The translations under genes were made by a program, and so were the position numbers. A DNA stretch of 64,000 nt, taken from contig JBGPKU010000004.1 of NCBI GenBank assembly GCA_041486085.1, positions 3,231 to 67,230 on the forward strand, given 5' to 3'. Shown here piece by piece: positions 27,697 to 35,764 of the stretch. The notes below the pieces were generated by a model that worked only from the letters and a program-made list of their open reading frames with translations, did not search any database and was not told where the DNA came from. This DNA comes from Candidatus Limnocylindria bacterium (GTDB taxonomy: Bacteria; Chloroflexota; Limnocylindria; P2-11E). The number at the start of each line of letters is the position of its first letter. Position 1 is the first letter of the stretch.

Positions 27697-28178
27697 ACGG
27701 CGCCGCCCTCGCGGCCGAGGGTCGCGAGGACGAAGAGGAAGGCGAGCATCGGTCGCGCGATGAGCGCGAGGAGCGTGAGCTCCCACGCGGTCATCGTCGC
27801 GAGGATGATCGTCGCGGTCGCGAGCATCACCAGCGCGACGTCGACGCCGACGATGAGTGGCGTGACGCGGATCAGGTCGCGCGTGCCTCTGCGCCGGCGC
27901 TCGAGAGCCAGCAGATTGACTGCGATGTAGAGGAGCGCGACCGCCCCGACGGCTCGGAGCGCCGACATCTCGGACGCGAGCCAGCTGCTCAGCGGGAACA
28001 CGAGCAGCGCGAGGAGCACGTTCGCGAAGCCCCACTCCACGATCTGACGCAGGCGAAAGAGGTCGTGCGCCGCCCAGATGCCGGTGCGCCGGAACGCGAT
28101 GACGAGGCCGGCGAGCGAAGCCAGGCTCATGTTCACGGCGGCGGTCGCGAAAAGGAACCCTGTGTCGGTCTCCACCAT
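27693..28178 (-). CDS. Hypothetical integral membrane protein
   Basis: 161 aa, 4-5 hydrophobic helices; no competing frame. Confidence 0.45.
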   Translation of the reverse strand: MVETDTGFLFATAAVNMSLASLAGLVIAFRRTGIWAAHDLFRLRQIVEWGFANVLLALLVFPLSSWLASEMSALRAVGAVALLYIAVNLLALERRRRGTRDLIRVTPLIVGVDVALVMLATATIILATMTAWELTLLALIARPMLAFLFVLATLGREGGAV

Positions 28179-28246
28179 CTGAGGCTACGCCGGACCCCAG
28201 ACACATTGACAGCCGAGCCGGAGGCTATTACGTTTGGCGATATACC

Positions 28247-28567
28247 GTGAAACGTGATAGCCAGCTCGACCTCGGACGCTTCACCGAACCGGCGCTGCTC
28301 ATCCTGGTGAGCCTTGCGGACGGCCCGAAGCACGGGTACGCGATGATCGAGGACATCCGGGTGCTCTCCGGCACGACGCTCGGCGCGGGCACGCTGTACG
28401 GAGCGCTCGCGCGGCTGGAGCGGCTCGGGCACATCGAGGCGCTCGCGTCGAGCGATCGCCGCGTTCCCTATCGCCTGACGACGCCCGGACGGGCGCTGCT
28501 CGAGGCGCACCTGGAGGGCCTGCGCCGGCTCACGACGACCGGGATCCGTAGGCTGGCACGCGCATGA
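28247..28567 (+). CDS. PadR-family transcriptional regulator
   Basis: GTG start; winged-HTH ALLILVSLADGPKHGYAMIEDI...GTLYGALARLE. Confidence 0.8.
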   Translation: MKRDSQLDLGRFTEPALLILVSLADGPKHGYAMIEDIRVLSGTTLGAGTLYGALARLERLGHIEALASSDRRVPYRLTTPGRALLEAHLEGLRRLTTTGIRRLARA

Positions 28568-28938
28568 GGATCCTGTTGAAGCTCTACCCGCCAGCTTGGC
28601 GCCGCCGCTACGAGGCCGAGCTCGCTGCGTTGCTCGAGGATCAGCGCGCGGGCACGCGCGGCATCCTCGATCTCCTCCGGGGCGCCGCCGACGCTTGGAT
28701 CATCGGGCCGCGTGGCCCGCTCGGCGGCCTCGGCGTCTGGATCGCAATGGGTCTCTTCCTCGTGTCGACCATCGGAGCGTCGCTCGCCCATCGTCTCGCT
28801 GGACCCCTCGTCGAGCCGTTCGAGTCCGTATATCAGGCGATCTACTGGCTCCTGTTCATCGTGTTCATCTGGTGGATCGGCGAGCAGCCCGCCGCGCGGT
28901 GCGATCTGAGTCGTTTGATGGGACGGTTCCGCCGCTAG
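28564..28938 (+). CDS. PadR-associated membrane protein (hypothetical)
   Basis: Overlapping start; two TM helices; the common PadR-partner arrangement. Confidence 0.5.
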   Translation: MRILLKLYPPAWRRRYEAELAALLEDQRAGTRGILDLLRGAADAWIIGPRGPLGGLGVWIAMGLFLVSTIGASLAHRLAGPLVEPFESVYQAIYWLLFIVFIWWIGEQPAARCDLSRLMGRFRR

Positions 28939-28940
28939 CA

Positions 28941-29789
28941 ATGGCAGGGACCGCAGTCCAGGTCACCGGCCTCGAGAAGCATTACGGCGACGTCCGCGCG
29001 GTCGACGGGATCAGCTTCGCTGTCGCCGAAGGCGAGATCTTCGGGCTGCTGGGACACAACGGCGCGGGCAAGACCACGACGATCCGCATGCTCACCGGCC
29101 GGGCGCGTCCGACCGCCGGCAGCGCCACCGTGGCCGGATACGACGCGGTCAGCGAGCGCGACCGCATCAAACCGCTGATCAACGCCGTCTTCGAGGACCC
29201 CAATCTCTACGAGCGGGCCAGCGGGCGCGACAACCTGCGCCTCTTCGCCGACCTGTACGGCGTCTCGGCCGCGCGCGCCGACGAGCTGCTCGAGACGGTT
29301 GGTCTCACGTTCGCCGCGAAGCGCAAGGTGAAGACCTACTCCAGCGGCATGAAGCAGCGGCTGCTGGTCGCGCGCGCGCTCGTGAACCGGCCGCGCGTGC
29401 TCTTCATGGACGAGCCGACGCGGGGTCTCGACCCGTCGTCCGCGCGCGAGCTGCGCGCGCTCGTCGCGCGGCTCTCGGATGAGGGCACCACGATCTTCCT
29501 CACCACGCATTACATGGAGGAGGCCGACGAGCTCTGCGACCGTGTCGCGTTCCTCAGCCAGGGGCGCATCGTGGCGCTCGACACACCGCGCGAGCTGAAG
29601 CTGAAGCACGGTGAGCGCCGCGCGACCGTGCTCCTCCAGGACCGGTCCGAGCACAGCGTCAGGCTCGATGACCCCGCGGACGCCGCGCGGCTCGACGAGT
29701 GGATGCGCGCGGGTTTGGTGCTGACGATCCACTCACAGGAAGGGACGCTCGAAGACGTGTTCGTCGCGCTCGCGGGACGCGCGCTGTGA
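28941..29789 (+). CDS. ABC transporter ATP-binding protein
   Basis: Walker A GHNGAGKTT, signature YSSGMKQRL, Walker B LFMDEPT. Confidence 0.85.
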   Translation: MAGTAVQVTGLEKHYGDVRAVDGISFAVAEGEIFGLLGHNGAGKTTTIRMLTGRARPTAGSATVAGYDAVSERDRIKPLINAVFEDPNLYERASGRDNLRLFADLYGVSAARADELLETVGLTFAAKRKVKTYSSGMKQRLLVARALVNRPRVLFMDEPTRGLDPSSARELRALVARLSDEGTTIFLTTHYMEEADELCDRVAFLSQGRIVALDTPRELKLKHGERRATVLLQDRSEHSVRLDDPADAARLDEWMRAGLVLTIHSQEGTLEDVFVALAGRAL

Positions 29790-30880
29790 TCCGGCCGCGC
29801 ATCGTCATCACGCTCTTCCGGAAGGACGTCGTCGACGGCCTGCGCGAGTCGCGGGTGCTCGTGTCGCTGTTGACGCCGATCATCCTGGCGGTCCTGTACA
29901 ACACGATCTTCCCCGACGAGAAGATCTTCGAAGCAAAGGTCGCGTACGCCGGGCCGGAGACGTCCGCGATCGTGCAGACGCTCAAGACGCGAGCCGAGAC
30001 CGGCCAGTCTGTGAGCCTGAAGCTGCAGCACGTCGCGACCGCGGCGGATGCGCGCCGCCTGGTCGAATCAAAGGACGTCGACGTGGCGTTCGTTCTACCG
30101 AACGACGTGGACGACGCCATCAGGGCCGGCCGCTCGCCGGTGATCGCCGTCATCCAACCCCAGATCCCGAACGGATCCGCGAACTTCGTCGAGTCGAGCA
30201 TCCAGGCCGGCGCGCGCGAGCTCGCGGGTCAGAAACCGCCGGCCGTGCTCACGAGCGAGACGGTGCAGGTCGGCTCGGCCGATCAGGGCGTCATGGGTCA
30301 GATGGGGCCGCGCCGGTACTTCGTGCTCGCGACCGTGGTGATGATGCTCGGCATGATCGCGGTCCTCGCGGTGCCCATCATGCTGACCGAAGAGGTCGAG
30401 AAGAAGACGCTCGACGCGCTCCTGCTGGTGGGCTCGTACCTCGAGGTCATCGCGGCGAAGGCGCTCGTCGGCCTCGCGTACACCGCGATATCCGTTGCCG
30501 TGATGCTCGGGCTCACGCGCCTGCGACCCGAAGACATACCGACCTTCGTCGCCGGTACGGGACTGCTGGCCGTGGCGCTCATCGGCATCGGACTGCTCAT
30601 CGGCGGCCTGTTCAAGAGCGCGCAGCAGGTCTACAGCTGGTCGAGCGTCATGCTGATCCCGGTGATCGGGCCCGCCTTCGCTGTCGGCCTGCCGATCCCC
30701 GGCGCGGCGGATCTCGTCCTCCGGGCGCTGCCGACCAGCCAGGGCATGCGCATCATGGCGAACGGGCTCGCCGGCAAAGCCCTTTTCGCGGACGTGTGGC
30801 AGTCGTTCGCGGTGCTGGTGATCTGGGCCGCCGCGATGTACGGCTTGCTCGCGTGGAGGCTCTCTCGGCGAGAATCGTAA
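29786..30880 (+). CDS. ABC-2 family transporter permease
   Basis: GTG overlapping the ATPase stop; large extracytoplasmic loop followed by 5-6 TM helices typical of ABC-2 exporters. Confidence 0.7.
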   Translation: MIRPRIVITLFRKDVVDGLRESRVLVSLLTPIILAVLYNTIFPDEKIFEAKVAYAGPETSAIVQTLKTRAETGQSVSLKLQHVATAADARRLVESKDVDVAFVLPNDVDDAIRAGRSPVIAVIQPQIPNGSANFVESSIQAGARELAGQKPPAVLTSETVQVGSADQGVMGQMGPRRYFVLATVVMMLGMIAVLAVPIMLTEEVEKKTLDALLLVGSYLEVIAAKALVGLAYTAISVAVMLGLTRLRPEDIPTFVAGTGLLAVALIGIGLLIGGLFKSAQQVYSWSSVMLIPVIGPAFAVGLPIPGAADLVLRALPTSQGMRIMANGLAGKALFADVWQSFAVLVIWAAAMYGLLAWRLSRRES

Positions 30881-30883
30881 GCA

Positions 30884-31654
30884 ATGGACTTCGGACTCGC
30901 GCTCGCCACAGCCGCGCTCCCGGCGTTCGCCGCGAGCGCGGTCGAGTTCGTCGAGGCATTGACGATCGTCCTCGCGGTCGGCGTGACGCGTGGCTGGCGG
31001 GCTCCCCTCATCGGCACGTTCGCCGCCCTCCTCACACTCGCGGTCATCATCGCGACCCTCGGCGTCGCGATCGTCACCATCGTTCCCGAGCTCCTGCTCA
31101 AGGCGATCGTGGGCGCGTTGCTGCTCCTCTTCGGTCTGCGGTGGCTGCGCAAGGCGATCCTGCGCTTTGCGGGCATCGTCGCGATCCACGACGAGGAGCT
31201 CATCTACCAACGCGAGCTGGCCGAATTACGTGCACAGGGCCTGCAGCGGACCGAGTTCGACCGGATCGGAGCGATCGTTGCCTATAAAGCGGTGCTGCTC
31301 GAGGGCACCGAGGTCGCGTTCATCGTCATCGCGTTCGGCGCCAACGGGGCGCACGCGCTCAACGCGGCCATCGTCGGCGCGATCGCAGCGGGCATCTTCG
31401 TCCTTGCGCTCGGCGTCGCACTGCGCCAGCCATTGACGATGATCCCGGAGAACTGGCTGAAATTCGGCGTCGGCGCGATCCTCTCGGCCTTCGGAGTGTT
31501 CTGGTTCACCGAGGGTCTCGGCTTCGCTTGGCCCGGCGATGCGCTGTCGCTGCTGGTGTTGTTGGCGATCTTCCTGGGCGTCTCCTTCATCGCGGTGCGC
31601 ATGCTCCGGTGGATGCTTCCGAGCGGCGCGAACGTCGAAGCGCGCAATGTCTAG
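30884..31654 (+). CDS. Hypothetical integral membrane protein
   Basis: 256 aa, about 8 TM helices; unknown family. Confidence 0.55.
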   Translation: MDFGLALATAALPAFAASAVEFVEALTIVLAVGVTRGWRAPLIGTFAALLTLAVIIATLGVAIVTIVPELLLKAIVGALLLLFGLRWLRKAILRFAGIVAIHDEELIYQRELAELRAQGLQRTEFDRIGAIVAYKAVLLEGTEVAFIVIAFGANGAHALNAAIVGAIAAGIFVLALGVALRQPLTMIPENWLKFGVGAILSAFGVFWFTEGLGFAWPGDALSLLVLLAIFLGVSFIAVRMLRWMLPSGANVEARNV

Positions 31655-31874
31655 TGCGCTTCGCGGGATCTGGGACAACGTGGTCGGGCTCGTGATCGAA
31701 GACAGCCAGCTCGCGATCGGCATCGTCGCAGCACTCACGATCACCTGGCTCCTCGGCGCCGCCGTCGAAAGCCTTCACGAGACCGTGGGATGGCTCCTCC
31801 TCGCGATGCTCATCCTGGTGTTGCTGGTCAATCTCGTCGTGACGGCGCGCCGCGCGAAGCGGCGTATCGCGTAG
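31647..31874 (+). CDS. Small membrane protein
   Basis: About 75 aa, two TM helices; ATG overlaps the upstream gene end. Confidence 0.35.
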   Translation: MSSALRGIWDNVVGLVIEDSQLAIGIVAALTITWLLGAAVESLHETVGWLLLAMLILVLLVNLVVTARRAKRRIA

Positions 31875-31910
31875 CCGAAGGGCACCGCGCGCCGCGAGCG
31901 CGGCCAAGAG

Positions 31911-32705
31911 TCAGCTCGGCTCGAGCACCACGGTCGCGATCCGTCGCCTGGTGCGTGTCTCGTAGACAGCGTACGCGTCGTCCTCACGCTTGACCCGAGT
32001 CCACAGGCGTTCCCGCTCCTCGCCCTCCGCCTCGCGGGCGCGCACGTGATGTCTCTGCGCGCCGATCTGGATGTCGGCCTCGCCCGCCTCGCGCAGGTTC
32101 AACCACCACGGCGGCTCGCGAGCCTCCCCGGCGTGCGACGCGAACACGACGTAGCGGCCGGAGTCCTCAAGGTAATTGAGCGCGACGGTCCGCGGCTCGC
32201 CGCTCCTCCGTCCTTTGATCGTGAGGAGGAGCACCGGCAGCGGGCCGAGCCGTCCGCCGATGCGTCCGCCGCTGAGGCGATACAGAAGGAGGTGAACCAT
32301 CCAGATGAGCTCGGTCACCGGTGTGCGGCGAACGGCGGTCATCGCTTCTTTCCTGTCGCGACCTGCGCGTATCCATCGTTGATGATGCGCTCGATAGTCG
32401 GGATCCGCGTCGAGGATGATGCCGACCCAACCGCGATAGCCGACATACGGCGGCACGTAGAAGTGCCGGGGATCGCTGCGCACGAGCAGGTCCTGCGCCC
32501 CGAGCGGCGCGGCGACCCAGGCCGAATAGTGCGTCGCGCCATGGTGAAAGGTGTCCATGTTCAGGAAGGACTTCTCTACCTTGTAGAAGAACGCGGACTC
32601 ACCGTGGCTGAGGCGCTCGCTGGTCTCGGGCAGCGCGAGACAGATCTTCCGCACCTTCGCGAGGAGGCGCGCCTGTTCTCGTGCGGGCAGCTGTGCCGCG
32701 GTCAT
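31911..32705 (-). CDS. Fusion protein: N-terminal MmcQ/YjbR-like domain plus C-terminal deazaflavin(F420)-dependent nitroreductase-family (Ddn-like) domain
   Basis: Single 264-aa frame with no internal stop; C-terminal half has the PPWWLNL motif of the Ddn/DUF385 family. Confidence 0.55.
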   Translation of the reverse strand: MTAAQLPAREQARLLAKVRKICLALPETSERLSHGESAFFYKVEKSFLNMDTFHHGATHYSAWVAAPLGAQDLLVRSDPRHFYVPPYVGYRGWVGIILDADPDYRAHHQRWIRAGRDRKEAMTAVRRTPVTELIWMVHLLLYRLSGGRIGGRLGPLPVLLLTIKGRRSGEPRTVALNYLEDSGRYVVFASHAGEAREPPWWLNLREAGEADIQIGAQRHHVRAREAEGEERERLWTRVKREDDAYAVYETRTRRRIATVVLEPS

Positions 32706-32711
32706 TCGCGG

Positions 32712-33527
32712 TTACGTCTCTCGCGCGTACCAGTGGACTTCAAAGCGCGTGCGAAATCCCTCATCGCGCAGATTGCGCGCCGAGGTCGTCTCCGGGTCGG
32801 ACCACGAGTAGAACGTTCGCATGCCGCGCGCCCATCCGTGTGCCACGCGCGCCGCGATCATCGCGTTCTGGATCCCACGTCCGCGGAACGCGCGGATGAC
32901 GCTTCCTGAGTACAACCCGGCGATCCTCGGGCGGACGATCGTCACTCCTGTTGCCGCTGGCCTGCCATGCACGCTTCCGATGAACGCGGCCACGCGCGGG
33001 TCGCGCCGTATCTGGGCGGCCCAGCCGCGCTCGAACACGGTCGCGAAGGTGCCGCGATCGCCGAAGCCCCGACTCGCGAGCTTCCCGTAGCGCTCGGCGT
33101 CGGCCCGGCGGGCCCGAGCGATGGCGAGCCCGTCGACGTCACGCACGCGTGGCGGATGGGACGACGTCCGTACGTGACATTGGAAGATGACGCTCTTGTC
33201 ATGAAAACCGTTGCGGGCGAGCAGCGCACGATCGCCGCGGGAGACCGCGGGCAGCATCACCTCGAAGTGGGCGGCGCGGCCGATGGTGTCGTAGTGGCGA
33301 AGGACCGCGTCGATCCCACGCTGCGATGCCGCGGCAAAGGTCCCGTAACCGCTCACGTGGTTGAACACGCCCGCATCGAGCTTCGCCGACGAGAAGCACC
33401 ACATCGCGCCGCGGCGAATGACGGCGAAGCCATACCGTCGGATGAGGCTCGGATCGGCGAGCACGTGTCCGGCAAGCGACTCTGCGCCGAGATGCGCCAT
33501 CGCGGCCGCGATCTCGCGCGAGCTCAT
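32712..33527 (-). CDS. GNAT-family N-acetyltransferase (two-domain type)
   Basis: 271 aa; acetyltransferase fold motifs. Confidence 0.65.
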   Translation of the reverse strand: MSSREIAAAMAHLGAESLAGHVLADPSLIRRYGFAVIRRGAMWCFSSAKLDAGVFNHVSGYGTFAAASQRGIDAVLRHYDTIGRAAHFEVMLPAVSRGDRALLARNGFHDKSVIFQCHVRTSSHPPRVRDVDGLAIARARRADAERYGKLASRGFGDRGTFATVFERGWAAQIRRDPRVAAFIGSVHGRPAATGVTIVRPRIAGLYSGSVIRAFRGRGIQNAMIAARVAHGWARGMRTFYSWSDPETTSARNLRDEGFRTRFEVHWYARET

Positions 33528-34330
33528 CCCGCCGGACTGGACTCCGGCGACCAGGCGTAGACCTCGAGCGAGCAGAGCTCACGAAAGCCGAGCTTCGCGC
33601 AGATGGGCGCCGACGTGTCGCGGTCGGCCTGGATCACCGCGGCCTCGCGACCGTCGCGGCGCGCGTCCAGGAGGCGGCGCTTCACGAGCGCGCTGTAGAT
33701 GCCCTTCCCGCGCGCCTCGGGCAGCGTCGCGGCGCCGCCGAGCAGCACGATCGGTGAGTCGGGCAGGTACACGAGATAGCTCCAGGCCACCGGCGACTCG
33801 GTGTCGAGATAGGCGAAGTACGCCCGGCCCTTGATGCCGAGGCTCTCGGTCAGGAGGCGCACGAAGAGCGCCGCGATCTCCGCGGGCATGCCGTACGCGC
33901 GTCCCATCATCTCGGTCTCGCGGTTCTGCTCTGTGGCGCTGACCTCGCGGATCCGAACGGCGTCAGTGGCGGCCACCGAAAGGTCGACCGGCGCTGCCAT
34001 GCCGGCGAGGTGCGCGATGGGCTGCATGCCGGCCGCGCCGAGACGGCGATCGAGATCGCGCGGTCGCGTGGCCGGTCCGGTGACCCAGCCGAATGCCTTG
34101 CGCTCCTTCGCGAACCGTTCCTTCACGGCCGCGATCGTCGCGTCGGCCTCGTCGTCTTTGAGCTGCGCCATACCGACCAGGTTGGCGAGCGGATGCGACA
34201 GACCCGTCACGCGACCGCGCATCCCCTTCACGCCGAGGTCCGCGCTGAGGCCGCGGATCGGCGGGTATGCGAAGAGCGACGACTCGATCGCGTCGATGAG
34301 AACGACCTCGGAGCTGGGCACGTGGGCCAT
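33524..34330 (-). CDS. GNAT-family N-acetyltransferase (paralog, tandem)
   Basis: 268 aa; LPEARGKGIYSALV CoA-binding motif; stop/start overlap with the downstream GNAT gene. Confidence 0.65.
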   Translation of the reverse strand: MAHVPSSEVVLIDAIESSLFAYPPIRGLSADLGVKGMRGRVTGLSHPLANLVGMAQLKDDEADATIAAVKERFAKERKAFGWVTGPATRPRDLDRRLGAAGMQPIAHLAGMAAPVDLSVAATDAVRIREVSATEQNRETEMMGRAYGMPAEIAALFVRLLTESLGIKGRAYFAYLDTESPVAWSYLVYLPDSPIVLLGGAATLPEARGKGIYSALVKRRLLDARRDGREAAVIQADRDTSAPICAKLGFRELCSLEVYAWSPESSPAG

Positions 34331-34407
34331 TGTGCGGTTTTGTCGATTCCTCCTGGGTCCCTTCGTCGCTAGGGTGGAGCCGCGGAAGCGGTCAACGGAG
34401 GAGCGAC

Positions 34408-34758
34408 ATGCGTTACATGCTCACTTTCTACGCCGACGGCCAGGAGTGGCTGGCGCTTCCGCCGGCCGAGCGCGACGCCGCGATCGCGGAGATCGGGCGC
34501 TGGTTCGGCGAGCACGCGAAAGCCGGAAGGATCGTGGAAGGGCACCGGCTGGGCGACCCTCGCGCCACGCGCACGGTCCGTCTCGGGCGAGTCCGCAAGC
34601 GCGACCTGCCGATGGTGAGCGACGGCCCGTTCGCCGAGGCGAAAGAGTCCGTCGGGAGCTACGCCATCGTCGAGGTCGCATCCGAGGCTGAGGCGCTCGA
34701 GATCGCGAGGTCCTGGCCCGCGGGCGGCGCGGTCGAGGTGCGGCCGCTCGCGGAGTAG
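34408..34758 (+). CDS. DGPF/YciI-like domain protein (copy 3)
   Basis: ATG preceded by GGAGGAG; DGPFAEAKESVGSY. Confidence 0.75.
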   Translation: MRYMLTFYADGQEWLALPPAERDAAIAEIGRWFGEHAKAGRIVEGHRLGDPRATRTVRLGRVRKRDLPMVSDGPFAEAKESVGSYAIVEVASEAEALEIARSWPAGGAVEVRPLAE

Positions 34759-34765
34759 CCGTACC

Positions 34766-35740
34766 TCAGGCGGTGACGAGCGAGCGGAGCGCGCGGCGCA
34801 CGAGCTCCCGCGCAAGCGTGACCTTATAGCCGTTGTCCCGCAGCGGCTGCGCGCCGTCGAGCAGCGCGTCCGCGGCCAAAAGACAGGCGTTGTCGTCGAG
34901 CGCGGTGCCCTCGAGCAGCTTCTCGGCGGCGGGCACGCGCCATGGCACCGGCGCGACCCCGCCCAGGACCAGCCGCACGTCGGTCGCCTTCCCGTCTTTC
35001 ACACGGGCGCTCGCGGCGACCGAGACGATCGCGAAGCTCCAGGCCTTGCGTTCCATCGCCTTGAGATACGTGCCGCGGCGGTCGAGCGCCTTCTCGGGGA
35101 TGCGGACAGCGGTGATGAGCTCGCCCGCGCGGATCGAGTGCTCGCGGCGCTCGCGGCCATGCGGTGCGATGAAGAGCTCGGCCAGCTTCATGCGTCGCTT
35201 CCCAAGGCTCGAGGAGATCTCGATCTCGGCGTCGCAGGCGATGAGCGCGGGCGCGAGATCGGACGGCGAGACCATCCAGCACTCGTGCGCTCCGACGACC
35301 GCGTGATAGCGGTTCTCGCCGTCGACGGCGAAGCATCGTTTCCCGCCTTTGAGCCAGCACGGCACGCCTTCGTCGCGGAAATACCAGCAGCGGTTGCGCT
35401 GCAGCAGGTTCCCACCGACCGTGCCCATGTTCCGGATCTGCGGCGTGGCTGCGTCTCGAAGCGACTGCGGCACGATCGGCATGAGCTTCGCGAGCTCAGC
35501 GGAGTGCTCGACCACCGATAGCGGCGTGAGCGCGCCGATGCGGATGCCGCGGCCTTTCTCGCGCGCGATGCCGCGCAGGCCTGCGATGCCGGTCAGGTCC
35601 ACGAGCCGGTCGGGACGGGCGACGCCGTGACGCACCAGGGTCACCAGATCGGTGCCGCCGGCGAGCGCGATGGTCCCGTTCTTCAGCAGCTTCAGCGCTT
35701 CGGCAAGAGCCCGGGGGCGAGCGTAAGAGAAGAGGCTCAC
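34766..35740 (-). CDS. FAD-binding subunit, xanthine dehydrogenase family, cluster 3
   Basis: 324 aa; LAGGTDL and GTVGGN motifs; GTG start. Confidence 0.9.
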   Translation of the reverse strand: MSLFSYARPRALAEALKLLKNGTIALAGGTDLVTLVRHGVARPDRLVDLTGIAGLRGIAREKGRGIRIGALTPLSVVEHSAELAKLMPIVPQSLRDAATPQIRNMGTVGGNLLQRNRCWYFRDEGVPCWLKGGKRCFAVDGENRYHAVVGAHECWMVSPSDLAPALIACDAEIEISSSLGKRRMKLAELFIAPHGRERREHSIRAGELITAVRIPEKALDRRGTYLKAMERKAWSFAIVSVAASARVKDGKATDVRLVLGGVAPVPWRVPAAEKLLEGTALDDNACLLAADALLDGAQPLRDNGYKVTLARELVRRALRSLVTA

Positions 35741-35764
35741 CCGCTCACCGCCATCCCATTTGGC

